A stretch of 64,000 bases of DNA from NCBI GenBank assembly GCA_965153285.1, contig OZ229123.1. One strand, written 5' to 3'. The notes below the pieces were generated by a model, which saw nothing but the letters and a program-made list of their open reading frames with translations, ran no database searches and was not told the DNA's origin. This document shows positions 11,438-23,400 of the stretch, piece after piece. The first letter of the stretch is position 1; each line of letters opens with the position of its first letter. Origin of the DNA: Podarcis tiliguerta. Lineage: Eukaryota. A program made the position numbers and the translations under genes.

Positions 11438-14400
11438 TAAAATATAAAACACAGTGCGCTTATAGAAAATATGAAACACTTATGCCTGCAGGGATTTAAG
11501 CTGGTGACCCTGCGGCCTGTCTTAGTGCCCTTCACTTTTGCATTACTGCAAGTCTACTGACCTTTCCCAGCTGTTGTCTCCACTTTCAAGGCTTCGAATG
11601 CAGAATAAAGTTGACTGTTGCTTTTTGCTACTTGAAAACAATGGTTCTGTTACATTAGGCTTTTTTGTAGACTTACACCATGACTGCCTCTTGCTCGCTG
11701 CTATTCACTGCTATCCTGAGAGCCTTTTCACACATGACACTGTCAAGACATAGTCATCACCCTACCTATTATTTAATTCAATCCCAGCCTCTCATCTTTT
11801 GGCAGAATGACAGCAAGAGCACCAGTCTGGTGTTTGAACTTGGGACTTAGAATAGCTGGGCAGGCAGTGGCAACCATGCCTGGGCAAGTATGCCTGCCTC
11901 CTTTATTTTTTGCTTTGAACTGTTGTGACTGAAGTGGGAGCTCACTGAGCACCAGGACTTTGCAACAGGCAAAATTCCCACCTTTAACTCTAGGGGGCGC
12001 CCTGCCACCTCCTTGCTCAGCTCTAATCAGCAGTCAAGACCGAGTTACATCTGGCAGCTCTGAGAATCTGCAGAGGTTTTTAAAGCACTCTAAGCACATG
12101 CATGTTTCAGATTGTGTGATCAGTTTTGTAGGAGGCGGACAGGAGACTGCAGAATACATTAGGCCTGCCCTGGATGCTGCAAGCAAAAGGGACAGATAGG
12201 CAGTTAGCAGCCTCCAGGTCACTGGGAATCAGGATTGGTAGAGCTGGAAGGGAGCCGAAGAGTAATCTAGTCCAACCTTGTTTCTCAAGCGCCTCTGAAA
12301 AGCCTGCCTATAAACAAAGAGAAGCACTTCAGGGAAGTCAATAGCAGGTAGCCTGCCAAATGACCAGCAGCAGCTTTCACCAACCTGGTGCCCCTCAAGG
12401 TGTTTTGGACTACAACTCTCATCAGTTTTGCCTGGGCTTTCTCTGCTTTTTGCCACTGGATGGGTTTTGAGATTCTTTGATTCAGCTTGGCTCAGGGCAT
12501 CTTTTGCCGACCTGGGGGCTGATGGGAGTTAATGGTCCAAATCATTTGAAGGCACCACTCTAGCAGAGGTTGTGTTAGGTTTTAACAAAAAACAAACACA
12601 AGTTTGCCACCACCCCCCCTTTTGTATTTAAAAAGAGTAAATCTCCTTTGTGTGTGAATTACTTCTAAGAGAAGATAACTATTTAATTTAACACAAAGCT
12701 GCATTTGTTAGGAAACCTGATGTCTTGAGCATGCTCAAACCAAGCACTTGCACAACCCTGCTCAGGGAAGTTTTTAGTTTGTGATTCTGTATTGTGTTTT
12801 TACTATTTTTTGTGGGGAGCTGCTCAGAGTGGTTGGGGCAACCCATATAAGTAAATAATAATAATAATAATAGCAGAGATCCACAAACCTATGGAGATGT
12901 ACGTAAGATAATCTAATTTTTACTGTTTACAAAGCGCTGCACACCCGTTAACTTTAGAAAAGTTTTGTTAGTATTAATTCTTTTTTAAAAAGCTGGAGTT
13001 GTGGATAGGTAATGCCAGATGACTTGCTGTCCCATTTCTGATATTTACTTGAGTGGGGGAATTCAATATCCTAAGCCATTCAGGAAGGAATGTCATTTGC
13101 TGCTTAGGGGTTAGTAGTAGGTTTTGCTTTAGGTTTTAAGTTCTTTCTTGCTGTTCACCTCTAACCCACAAGCCATATTATGCATGCAAAATCCTTAGAA
13201 AAAGAAATTTAAAACAAAGGAAAATGTATAGTAGAAATAACATGTTATGCCCTTGTAATAACTAAACAGTGGGGGTAGAGTCATATATTCTTGTTAAACA
13301 GTTTTCATCAGGGAGCGAGAAAAACTGGTATGTCCCATTACACAGTCCTTCTCAAGGTAACATTCAGAGTCTCTACTGATCATTTCATTGGAGGGTTCTT
13401 TTTTAAATTACTAAGCCATTTGCAAAATGCCTAAATTTGCTTTAGACAATCTATGGCTGCTTTCTTATTTTTATTTTAATAGTCTGTATATTTTAATACA
13501 GTATGTGATTGGTCAATCATAAACTATATTCTTAATTAACTGGTTTTTTAAAGGCACCAAAAAAATGAACAAATGACTCACAGTTTGAGCATCAGAAACC
13601 AGTTTACAAAAGGATGCAAAACATGACAGCCAGTGAATGAAGAATTAAGACACTGATCTGAAAGTGCTCAAATCTTCATGAATACAAAGTAGCAGCAGCT
13701 TGTTGTGATAGCCAAACCCAGACTAAACCCTGCAAATGGAAAGTGCTCCTAAAATAATTCTTAGCAGATTAGAACTTGATATGGCTCAATAGCCACACCA
13801 AACTATAGTTGAGGAAGCTTAATTATGGTTTGGGCTGATACCTGAATTTACCAAGCACACTTTGCAGCAATCGGACTCTTGTGCTAACTAGGCCATGGCA
13901 CAATGTTTGACTTGGTAAACCATAACTACAGCTGTAGCTTTACCTCCAGAGAATGGAAACAAGGATTGCTGAGCACATGGAACATAAAAGGAGGCAGCAG
14001 CTTTAAGCTGTGTCTGCCTGTCCATTTGGAAAAGAATCATCTGGTTTGGTGATAGGGCTTTTAAAAATCACATCAAAGATGGGTGCTTTTGCTAAAAAGG
14101 GTGGGGGTGACAGATGAGGAAAATCTGAACAACTTTGGACTTTTCTTTATGCAAGTAGGAATTCAGCTGGGGTAAGTGATGGAATGCAAGTTTGTGTGCT
14201 TTGCCTTTTTTCAATGATAGTTCTCAAAATGCATTTGGCCTAAATGATTTGTTCTCTATAACAAAAGGAAGACCTTCCCATACTACCTTGTTTAGTTATT
14301 CCAAATTCAAGAAAAACAACAACCCAACCATGCCAAAAGATTGAAATTGCAACACCGTATGACATTTACAATAACCATAGTAGCATTTTTACATTTCCAC

Positions 14401-14456
14401 CGAAAAGGGACAATGGGAATTAAAAATCAGACTTGCACCAACTTACAAAATGATAC

Positions 14457-14462
14457 TTTAAT
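14457..14462 (-). terminator. Candidate distal poly(A) signal ATTAAA of CTDSPL2
   Basis: ATTAAA with TGTA upstream and GT/T-rich sequence downstream, ending an AT-rich, repeat-poor tract of about 3 kb. Confidence 0.45.
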
Positions 14463-15225
14463 ATGTATTTACAGAGCAGCCTGCAATGGTTGATTTAGCT
14501 GTCCTAGGTAGGACTGTAGATTTCCCTACAATTTCTAATAATCGTTGTTGTAATAGCTCACATTCTTTCTTCTTTTCTCTTTTCAGTGATCACATAACAG
14601 GTAGGTTGGTAATATGCACTGTGTCAGCTACACGAAAAGCAGTGGGGTTTGTAATGGATTTTTTTTTTTAAAAAATGGAAATGCACAAATGCTTTAGAAA
14701 GGTACTCTAAAGAAGATGCTGTACAGTTTTTCCTTCAAGTCACCAAAAAATGTCCAACTATTTATTTGGTGGGGAGGAGGTTCTACTCACTTATTTCTGA
14801 ACTGCAGAAAATAAAGAATCTCTCTGTGCCTACCTTCCACCGAGGCAGGTACATTTTGCTCCCATCGCAGCTGCCATTATCGTGCTGCTGTCACCCCCTT
14901 TTAGCTGGTGCTTCTATCAAGCTGAAGAAACTCAGCCCGGGCAGGTGTCCCTGCAAAGCCTCCTCGGTCAACTTCTGTATCCAAGTGTGAACAGAAAGAG
15001 TGTGCCTGGGATGCCTCTTCCTAGAGACCACTGGGAAAAACTGCTGTGGGTTGCTAGCATCAGTAGGAGCAATAAGGGAGTGTTTCTTGGTTATCACTAG
15101 ATGTATCTTTTCCTTTAAAAAAAATATGTGGGAAATTTAAAACTTAACATTTTCAAAATCAAATGTATCTATATCCCTATTTTTAGCAAAACAGGAAGGG
15201 AGTGGTTACAGGGGTCACTTCTCTG

Positions 15226-15367
15226 NNNNNNNNNNNNNNNNNNNNNNNNNNNNNNNNNNNNNNNNNNNNNNNNNNNNNNNNNNNNNNNNNNNNNNNNNNN
15301 NNNNNNNNNNNNNNNNNNNNNNNNNNNNNNNNNNNNNNNNNNNNNNNNNNNNNNNNNNNNNNNNNNN
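15226..15367. other. Assembly gap (142 N)
   Basis: Run of N. Confidence 0.99.
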
Positions 15368-15851
15368 ATTTTATTTCAATAAAGACATTAAGACAAACAG
15401 CATAAAGATGTTCAGATGCCCTAAAGATAAATACATTTCAGAGATTCTCATTAAAATGAATTTGTATCATTTTCCTGCAAGCAAAATACCTTTAGCATTC
15501 TAGATAGCATATGCCTTTCTTTCTTTCTTTCTTTTTCTTTCCTTCTTTCTGCAGAAAATCCACCAAAATTTTGTTTCAAATGAATAATGATTTTCCACAA
15601 AGCAGGCTTGCTCTACATGCTTACTTTTTTTTAACAGTTCAGTGACACAATGTGCTAGCTACATATACAACAGATAATATAGTAAGAAAACACTCAACCT
15701 GATGAAAAGTTAAAATCTTCATTAATACATTGGAAAAAGTTGATATAACTCATGCCTTTTAAAATCAAAAAATACAAAAATTAAATGTTTTCCTAAAAAG
15801 ATTTTCCTTATTTTAAGGACTCATTTGAAAATGAAGCTGCGTGTAATTTGT

Positions 15852-16008
15852 NNNNNNNNNNNNNNNNNNNNNNNNNNNNNNNNNNNNNNNNNNNNNNNNN
15901 NNNNNNNNNNNNNNNNNNNNNNNNNNNNNNNNNNNNNNNNNNNNNNNNNNNNNNNNNNNNNNNNNNNNNNNNNNNNNNNNNNNNNNNNNNNNNNNNNNNN
16001 NNNNNNNN
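15852..16008. other. Assembly gap (157 N)
   Basis: Run of N. Confidence 0.99.
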
Positions 16009-17412
16009 CACCCTTTACACAAAAACAGCCCGAGCCTATGGCATGTCAATGCAGTTTAGAGGCAAAGCTTACTAACTTTTACAAATTTTTCCTTCCATAA
16101 AAAGCCTCCTAAAAAGGAGATTACACTCCATTAAAAAAATATCAGCCTCTTTGTACAAGCTGCATTAGAGAACCAAGGCTTGAAAACCATTTCCATATAG
16201 CATAGAAAACCACTCTGATAGCATATCAGCTGCACTGGTGGCAAAGGAGTGTACTGAACCACAGGGTTATGCACAGTTACTGTGGTGGCCCTGTCCCTGC
16301 TAGGCAAGAAGTTTAGCGTTGATTGTAACAAGCTGCATAGCAGAGAGACCAACCCACGCAAGACAGTTTCAAATACTGAACTGCTCTCCACAATACTTCA
16401 TTCTTGGAGGACACCGAAGGCAGAAGTAACTGAATTGCATTAGACCAAGCAAGCTCTCCCCAAGGACTTGTATTATGCACAGTAGACTCTGAGGTATTGA
16501 TCCTTGTCCATCAGCCATGCGCACCACCACAATAGATCATCTCTGTCCAGAGTACATGCCATCACAATGGTTTAAATATTCTGAATATTAGTAATTCTTA
16601 TATTTTTTCTTATCTAGCCAGTCTCTTGATTTTTTTGAAAAGATTTCCACTACAGTAGAATATTACAGAAACAAAAAATATATATTTAAACGCAGATTTC
16701 TAAATGAAACTTACATGGAATAAAACTAGATAATATTTTTAAACAAATATACAGTATGCAGGCAGTCAAAGCAGGAAAATGGCCATTCAATTGTATAATA
16801 AAAAACTAATAAAACTTGGCTATTCCCAGAAAAACTATGAAGCCGCCTCAACTAAAAGGAATGCATAATGAAATTCTAAACTCTAATACAAGTCAAAAAT
16901 GTAAGAAGGTTATAAACCTTAACAGGAAAAAAAAACATTTACTGGCCATTCCTGTTGAAATGAGAATCTTAAAAGTAACACAAAGTGGCTATAAACCCAC
17001 TTAGAGAGCACCGAACAGAGAGAAAAGAAAAAGAGTCCATTTTCAATCTCTGTTATTTCATAAAATCCTGTGTGTGTGTTTATAGGTCAAACTGCTGGTG
17101 GCAGAAACAGAATTCTTTAAAAACGGCAGATGTCCTGTACATAAAAAAAATTATTGGAGTTGCACTAGTTCTAAAGACGCTTCTGTTCTAGCCTACCTAC
17201 TGTATGGATTCCATTTGGCGAATATTATTATATAAAGTTCTTCTGTAACCCTTGATTATTGTTGGGCACCAGAGATAAGAAAAGCGAGACAGGGTACAAA
17301 AATGCAAAAATTTCAACAGTAATGGCAATGTTTTTGTTTTAGTCCAAAAAGAAAAGAAAAAAAAAGGTCCTGCATTTTCTTCTCCTTCAGCTACCTGGCT
17401 AAGCATTGGTGT

Positions 17413-17478
17413 TTAGTCAGGGGGTAGTAAGTCGTGCAAGCGAAATCTGTCTCTGATGTGAGGTCGAACATCTTCATT
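17413..17478 (-). CDS. CTDSPL2: CTDSPL2 exon 13 (last), coding part
   Basis: [21 protein letters not shown]; acceptor ttttag|. Confidence 0.95.
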   Translation of the reverse strand, partial: NEDVRPHIRDRFRLHDLLPPD

Positions 17479-20400
17479 CTAAAAAGAAGCAAGGAAGGAA
17501 AAACCAGTAACTTCCATGTCTCACATGTAAGAAGCAGCTCCACTTGTAAAGTGCACGGTAGTTCACCACCAAAGCAGAAGAAAAGATGTCAACAGAGATT
17601 CTAATTTTCAACTGCTCACCAGCAATTTTTCCACAATTCTCTTTTACTCAATGTTATGCCTAAGCCTACTTCTATGCAGAATTTCCAAGTACACTGACTT
17701 CTTGCATGCATGTAAAATCCAGCGAATGATTTTGCTTTTGCTCCTCTTAAACCCAATTTCAGAGACTCAAGGCAGCTCCACTACTCTAGCCATCCTCTGC
17801 AAAATTCCACATTGCTCGGCCTCCTGAAAGCGTTCATCCTTGAGCTTTGGCAGACTTTACATTTACTAATGCAGAAGCTATAGCAGGAGTGGGGAACCAC
17901 CAACCCATGTGCCTAACGAACCTGTGCTGGGCCAAATTAAGCCAGGCAGGCTAGAGGTTCCCACCTCTGCTCTAGCTTCTTTTTCCCAAACCACACCAAC
18001 CTGCCCCACACCTAGAGACATAAAGCATCAGGTGTGGGGCAGGTGCACAAAGTGCCAAACCTTAGAAGTGCGTGCCTGATTGGTGCCACCACCAATTGGT
18101 GAATGGGCACTTAAAAAGGTAAAGGGACCCCCCTGACCATTAGGTCCAGTCGTGGCCGACTCTGGGGTTGTGGCGCTCATCTCGCTTTATTGGCCGAGGG
18201 AGCCGGCATACAGCTTCCGGGTCATGTGGCCAGCATGACTAAGCCGCTTCTGGCGAACCAGAGCAGCGCACAGAAACGCCATTTACCTTCCCGCCGGAGC
18301 GGTACCTATTTATCTACTTGCACTTTGACGTGCTTTCGAACTGCTAGGTTAGCAGGAGCAGGGGCCGAGCAATGGAAGCTCACCCCATCGCAGGGATTCG
18401 AACTGCTGACCTTCTGATCGGCAAGCCCTAGGCTCTGTGGTTTAACCCACAGCACCACCCACGTCCCTCTGAATGGGCACTTAGAGCAAGCCATATGAGA
18501 TTAGGTGCACTACTAAGTTCCCCATGGGGAATTCCAGAGTGCAGCCAACCCCACAAGAAAGCAGAAGTCAATGACTATCAGCTGACATATGCTAACTTCA
18601 AGCTCCATGGGACTTGTTGTACTACTGAGCTCCCCAAACGGAACTCCACAGGGAATTGAAGGGGCTTGCAAAGAGCAGAAGCAAAGCTCCTTGCAGGCAG
18701 CCCTGCTAAGTGTTTTGAAGTGCCTGTGATCAGCTGATCAGTGGTGCTGAAATCACTGTGCAGAAATATTTGCAAACCCTGCATGATGATCTGGAATCCC
18801 AAACAATTTTTTTTAGGGAAGGCTTTTTACATCAACATCAGCATCCTGAATTATGCCCAGAAAGCCACTACACTTGTAATGCTATCAAGTTTTAAGAGGA
18901 AAAATTCGATCAAAAAATTAATCACCGAAATACATACCATTTCTACAAGTTTCTCCAGAAAAGGAATCAATTTTAGGAGCTCATTGTCATTTTTATCCAT
19001 GAACCAGCTCTCTATAGGAATTCCATTTGAAAGCTAGAAAAAGCAAAATATCAGAGGCAAGTTAAATTATTTATATATTTTTATTTAAATTTATAAACCC
19101 TTCCTTCATTCAGCTCACAAGGCATATTATAATTAAATACATGCAATTAAATAGGCCAACACCAGATATATGGTCAATTTACAATAATTTCTGAAGCGAG
19201 TTCAGGCAAGTAGCAATATCATCTTATTGTGAGTTTCATTTTTGGCAATTCCCCTATGAGCCCAACAGTCCCCAAACATGAAAAGCTGTAACGGTGGGAA
19301 ACAAGGCTGGGGAAAGCAGTTGGAAACTTCAGTGCATTAAGTGCATCTTGCCTTACTACAGATTGTAGCCACAATCAATACAGTGCAGCTTCTGTTTCTG
19401 TCAATGGATCATATCAAAACTTTGTTTGCTTCCTCTCTATTCCAGAGATTTCATGCTTAATGCTGAAACATCCTGGCCCCTAATCCAGGAAGGCGTGTGA
19501 GGGAAAATCTCTTAACATGAGCAAAACTAATACAGGATAAGGTCAATAGCAGTGTCCTAACTCTGATTCAACCACATAATTTCACATAAGCACACTTTTT
19601 CAGTATTTATCATGAAATATTGTGGTAGCAAACTGCCCTTCAAATTGTAAAGTACCATATACGCTTTGTGGTGAATTAGGTACTTGCCACCACATGCATA
19701 AACAAAAATCATGCTTTTTTACTTGCTGAGGCTACAGATGAAGTTACGTTAGCATTTGTTTTGTCTGCAGAGCCAGCTGCGGAGAAAAAACACTCACCTG
19801 ATAGGCAAAGGCTTGTGGTGAATTGTCAATAATAATAGTTTTTGAGAGATCTCTACCAAGGATATTTAAATCCTTTATGTAGTTTCCTTGTACACAAACA
19901 CAATGCTCACGGAAAAGTCGATGCCTGTATTTGGTTAAAAGAACACATTCAGATTACATGGAGAAAAATGTATATGAAGAAAATGCTGCTTTTTACAAGA
20001 TTTCCTCTCTTTCACGGGATTTAATGTTAAGATTTGTCTTTTTATTAAATGGTAGTTTTTTGGTGTGTGTGGTGTTATATCTACTTGAAAAATAGATGTA
20101 AAAACACAGCTCAAGGTTGTTGTTTTTTGGCTGAAAAATAGGTTTTTAATTCTCTGCAGTACAATACATTATATATATATCACGCAAATCCAAACAAGGC
20201 CTTGTGTTCTTAATGATTAATTTGACCAGGAGGTGGAGCACCTGTGCTGTTATCTATGGAAGAAAATCAGGCAATGATGAAGTGTTTTTACAATGATCCC
20301 GTAACATTTGGAGGGAACCCAAAGACAGCCAAGCCTCAACTTCCATCTTTCACGCACAAGTCCACCAGGAGAATTCAGTTGTTGTTCTTACGTTGTTGTA

Positions 20401-23400
20401 GTTTTCATGTTTGAGCCTAATTTATTTGTACTGATTTAATTTTTACTATAATCTGCCAAAAGAACTTTTGTTATTGTGTGGGATATAAATATTATGAATA
20501 AATAAAATAGGATGGCTCATCTTCACGGTTCCTAACATCCAGCTGTGTCTTCCTTCAGAATAGTACACGCTATCAGGCCAACAGACCCCTCCCCGCAAGT
20601 TTCTGTTTTTCTTTCCCAAGATTCCAACATTCTGTGGCTCCTGGACACTACTGAGCATGCCCAGCAAACATTTGGGAGTTTTTCTTTTTTGCTTTTAAAA
20701 GTGTTTTGTACTTCTGCATACCTCGGGGTTCACCCAAGCGTGCCGATACCTCCCTCCTGTTCCTCAGTAGCCCAATTCTGTCTGCACTCAGCCACATGAG
20801 TTCACTATTAGAAGGAACAAGTGGGACCTGCAACAAAATGTTGCATCATTAACACGAGTGCTGCTCTTCAGACTTCCAGTCAGTCACATATTTTTCTAGG
20901 ATACTAGGTGCTGCTAGGGACTCAAGCAAGTCAGTCCAGCCCACCCCTCATTCCAGGCCAACTGAGTATCCTATTTTTCATTTACCAGTACACTCCCTCA
21001 TGTATGTAGGAAGCGCTACCTCATTGGCAGGTAGCCCCATTTTTCTCCCATGCGGATCCTTCAGGTGATGCTGGACTCCAACCCCCAGCAGCTAATCAAT
21101 GGTCAGGGATGATGATGGTCAGGGATGGTGGGAGCTGTAACCAACCACATCCGGAGGGCCCCCACAGATTGCCCACCCCTGCACTACTAGACCATCTGAG
21201 TTGCTACCACATATATGAATAAAATGGATAATCAAATCCTCCAATAGCAAACTCAAGGGGATTGAGTGATGACAGGGAATTGAAGCCAAAATGGGGTCAC
21301 TGAGAATCAAGAGGAATGTTTTAAAATGCTTAGTGATCCCTAAAGTATGCAGAAATACAACACTTTAAAAAACATCCTGTGGCGATCACACAGGGTCCCC
21401 GGGCATTTGACAGTCTATTGATCCCTGTGCCACCACTGTGATTGCCTCCTCGCTGCCACCAACCCGTTTCCCTCGGGTACACATGGAGTCCAGACAGTTG
21501 TTAACATTAACAAATAATCAATTTATTTTATAAGCATGAACAACAACTTATAAGCATGTTCCTAACAACTTCAAACTGATTATCCCAATTATCTATCTGA
21601 CTTCACCTAACAGTTCCTCTCACTCTCTCACATTAAAACTAGACCAACCCACAAACTTATCCTCCCTCTTCCTTCTCTAACTCCCCACTGACTTCCAAAC
21701 AACTCCAACTCTAACTCCTCCCCTTGGGTTACCACTGGCCAATCACTTCACACTCATTTAACCCTTTCCTTATGACCCACCTAGGAGGGCAAACGCCACA
21801 CCCCTCCAACCAGGAACATAAGAGTCCAATGAGAACTGAGCATGCCACCAATGGCCACTGCAAGCTGCTATGGAACGCTGACATAATTTGGTAAAGAAAA
21901 CCAGGAAATTGAAGGCTGGGGTGGGTAGAAATGGAACGAACTGGCCTGCTTGAGCCCCTCAGAACTTGGGGAAGGTATGGCTGGCAGGTGGGAACCCTGA
22001 ACATGAGCACTCAGTAGGGCCTGAGGAGACACTGCAGCATTTTGTTGCAGGCACCCATTTGTTGTTGTACTGTTCAACGTTTCCAAGGTTTCAAAATAGC
22101 CTGTTGTCAGCGTTTTATCTGTGTTTCCATGTGTATTCAGCTATGCTAACTAAAATGCACTCAGGTTCTACATCATAATAGTATATGCTGCAATTCTGAT
22201 TAAAAAAGAAATAACAGCCACCACTTGGTCATCAAGCTTACCTGACCAGTTGCTTTTTGGGGTCTAGTATGTTCAGCAATTTGTCTGCATATACCTTCTT
22301 TGAAGCAGTAAAAAGAATGATCTGAAAATGAAGGGAGGATGTTGTTATTATCTGTTCTACTGCTGAAGGCTAAGATAATCATACAAGATCCAAATTAAGT
22401 CCCTTTACCTCGTAGATTTGGGACATACGCTCCAAAAATTCTCTGAAGAATGGTCTTAATCTCACATAAACCTAGAACAAAAAGAAAAAGCAATTTTAAA
22501 ATACACAGAATACAATAGGGACATTTTGCTTCAAATGGCAAGGGTTTCTGAAACTATAGTTGGTGGACAGCAGTGAAAATTTACAGTAAAATACTTATTA
22601 TATTCAGTAATTGAAGAAGAAATAGTAATGCTAGAGAGGGTGTAAAATTCTTATTACTGTTTGCTTGTATAATTGGAAAACAAAACAAAATAAAAAACAA
22701 CCCAGTTATTGTTTGGTTCGTATGTTAGTTTGTCAATATGTTTTATGATAAATCAATAAAAATTACTATTACTACAACTCACTCAAAAACTTTTAGCATC
22801 ATCTACTGCACTTGATACAATGGCAATTGTACCAGGCAGTATCTTATTTTTATTATTATTTTTATTTATAAGAATATTTATAAACCACCAACACATAATA
22901 GTATCAAAACAGTGTACAGTAAAATCATCATAAAAGTTTTAAAATCTTAAAATTATAGAATCATAAAATACAGAACACTTTGTCTCACCAAAACTGTATC
23001 AAATTAATTTTCTACAAACAAATAAGTTTTCCGCAGGCAACAAAATACCAGGATTGTAGATGCCTGGAAAAGTGTTCCAAATTACTGAAAGCCTTGGTAT
23101 GCTATTTCAGCATGTTCCCCTATACTGAAAGCCTTGGTATGTGGAGAAACTAAAAAAAGTATGGGATAACTGGGACAGTCAAGAAAGCTTCTCTAGATAA
23201 GCACAGTACATAAGGAATAAGGCAGTCCATTCAGGTAACCTGGTCCCAGGTCATTTAGGTTTATACACCTTTATAATACATTGAGCTTAGTTCAATAATG
23301 TACTGGCAGCCAGTGCAGAGCTTTCTTCATCTGTGCAATATGCAGTGTTCCAGCAACAATTGGGGTGCAGCATTCTGCACTAGCTACAATTTCTGAACCA

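Noticed and set aside
15128-16100. ORFs containing runs of X
   Set aside because: Artefacts of the two N gaps
18400-18467. tRNA-like sequence
   Set aside because: It is the head of the Sauria SINE, not a tRNA gene
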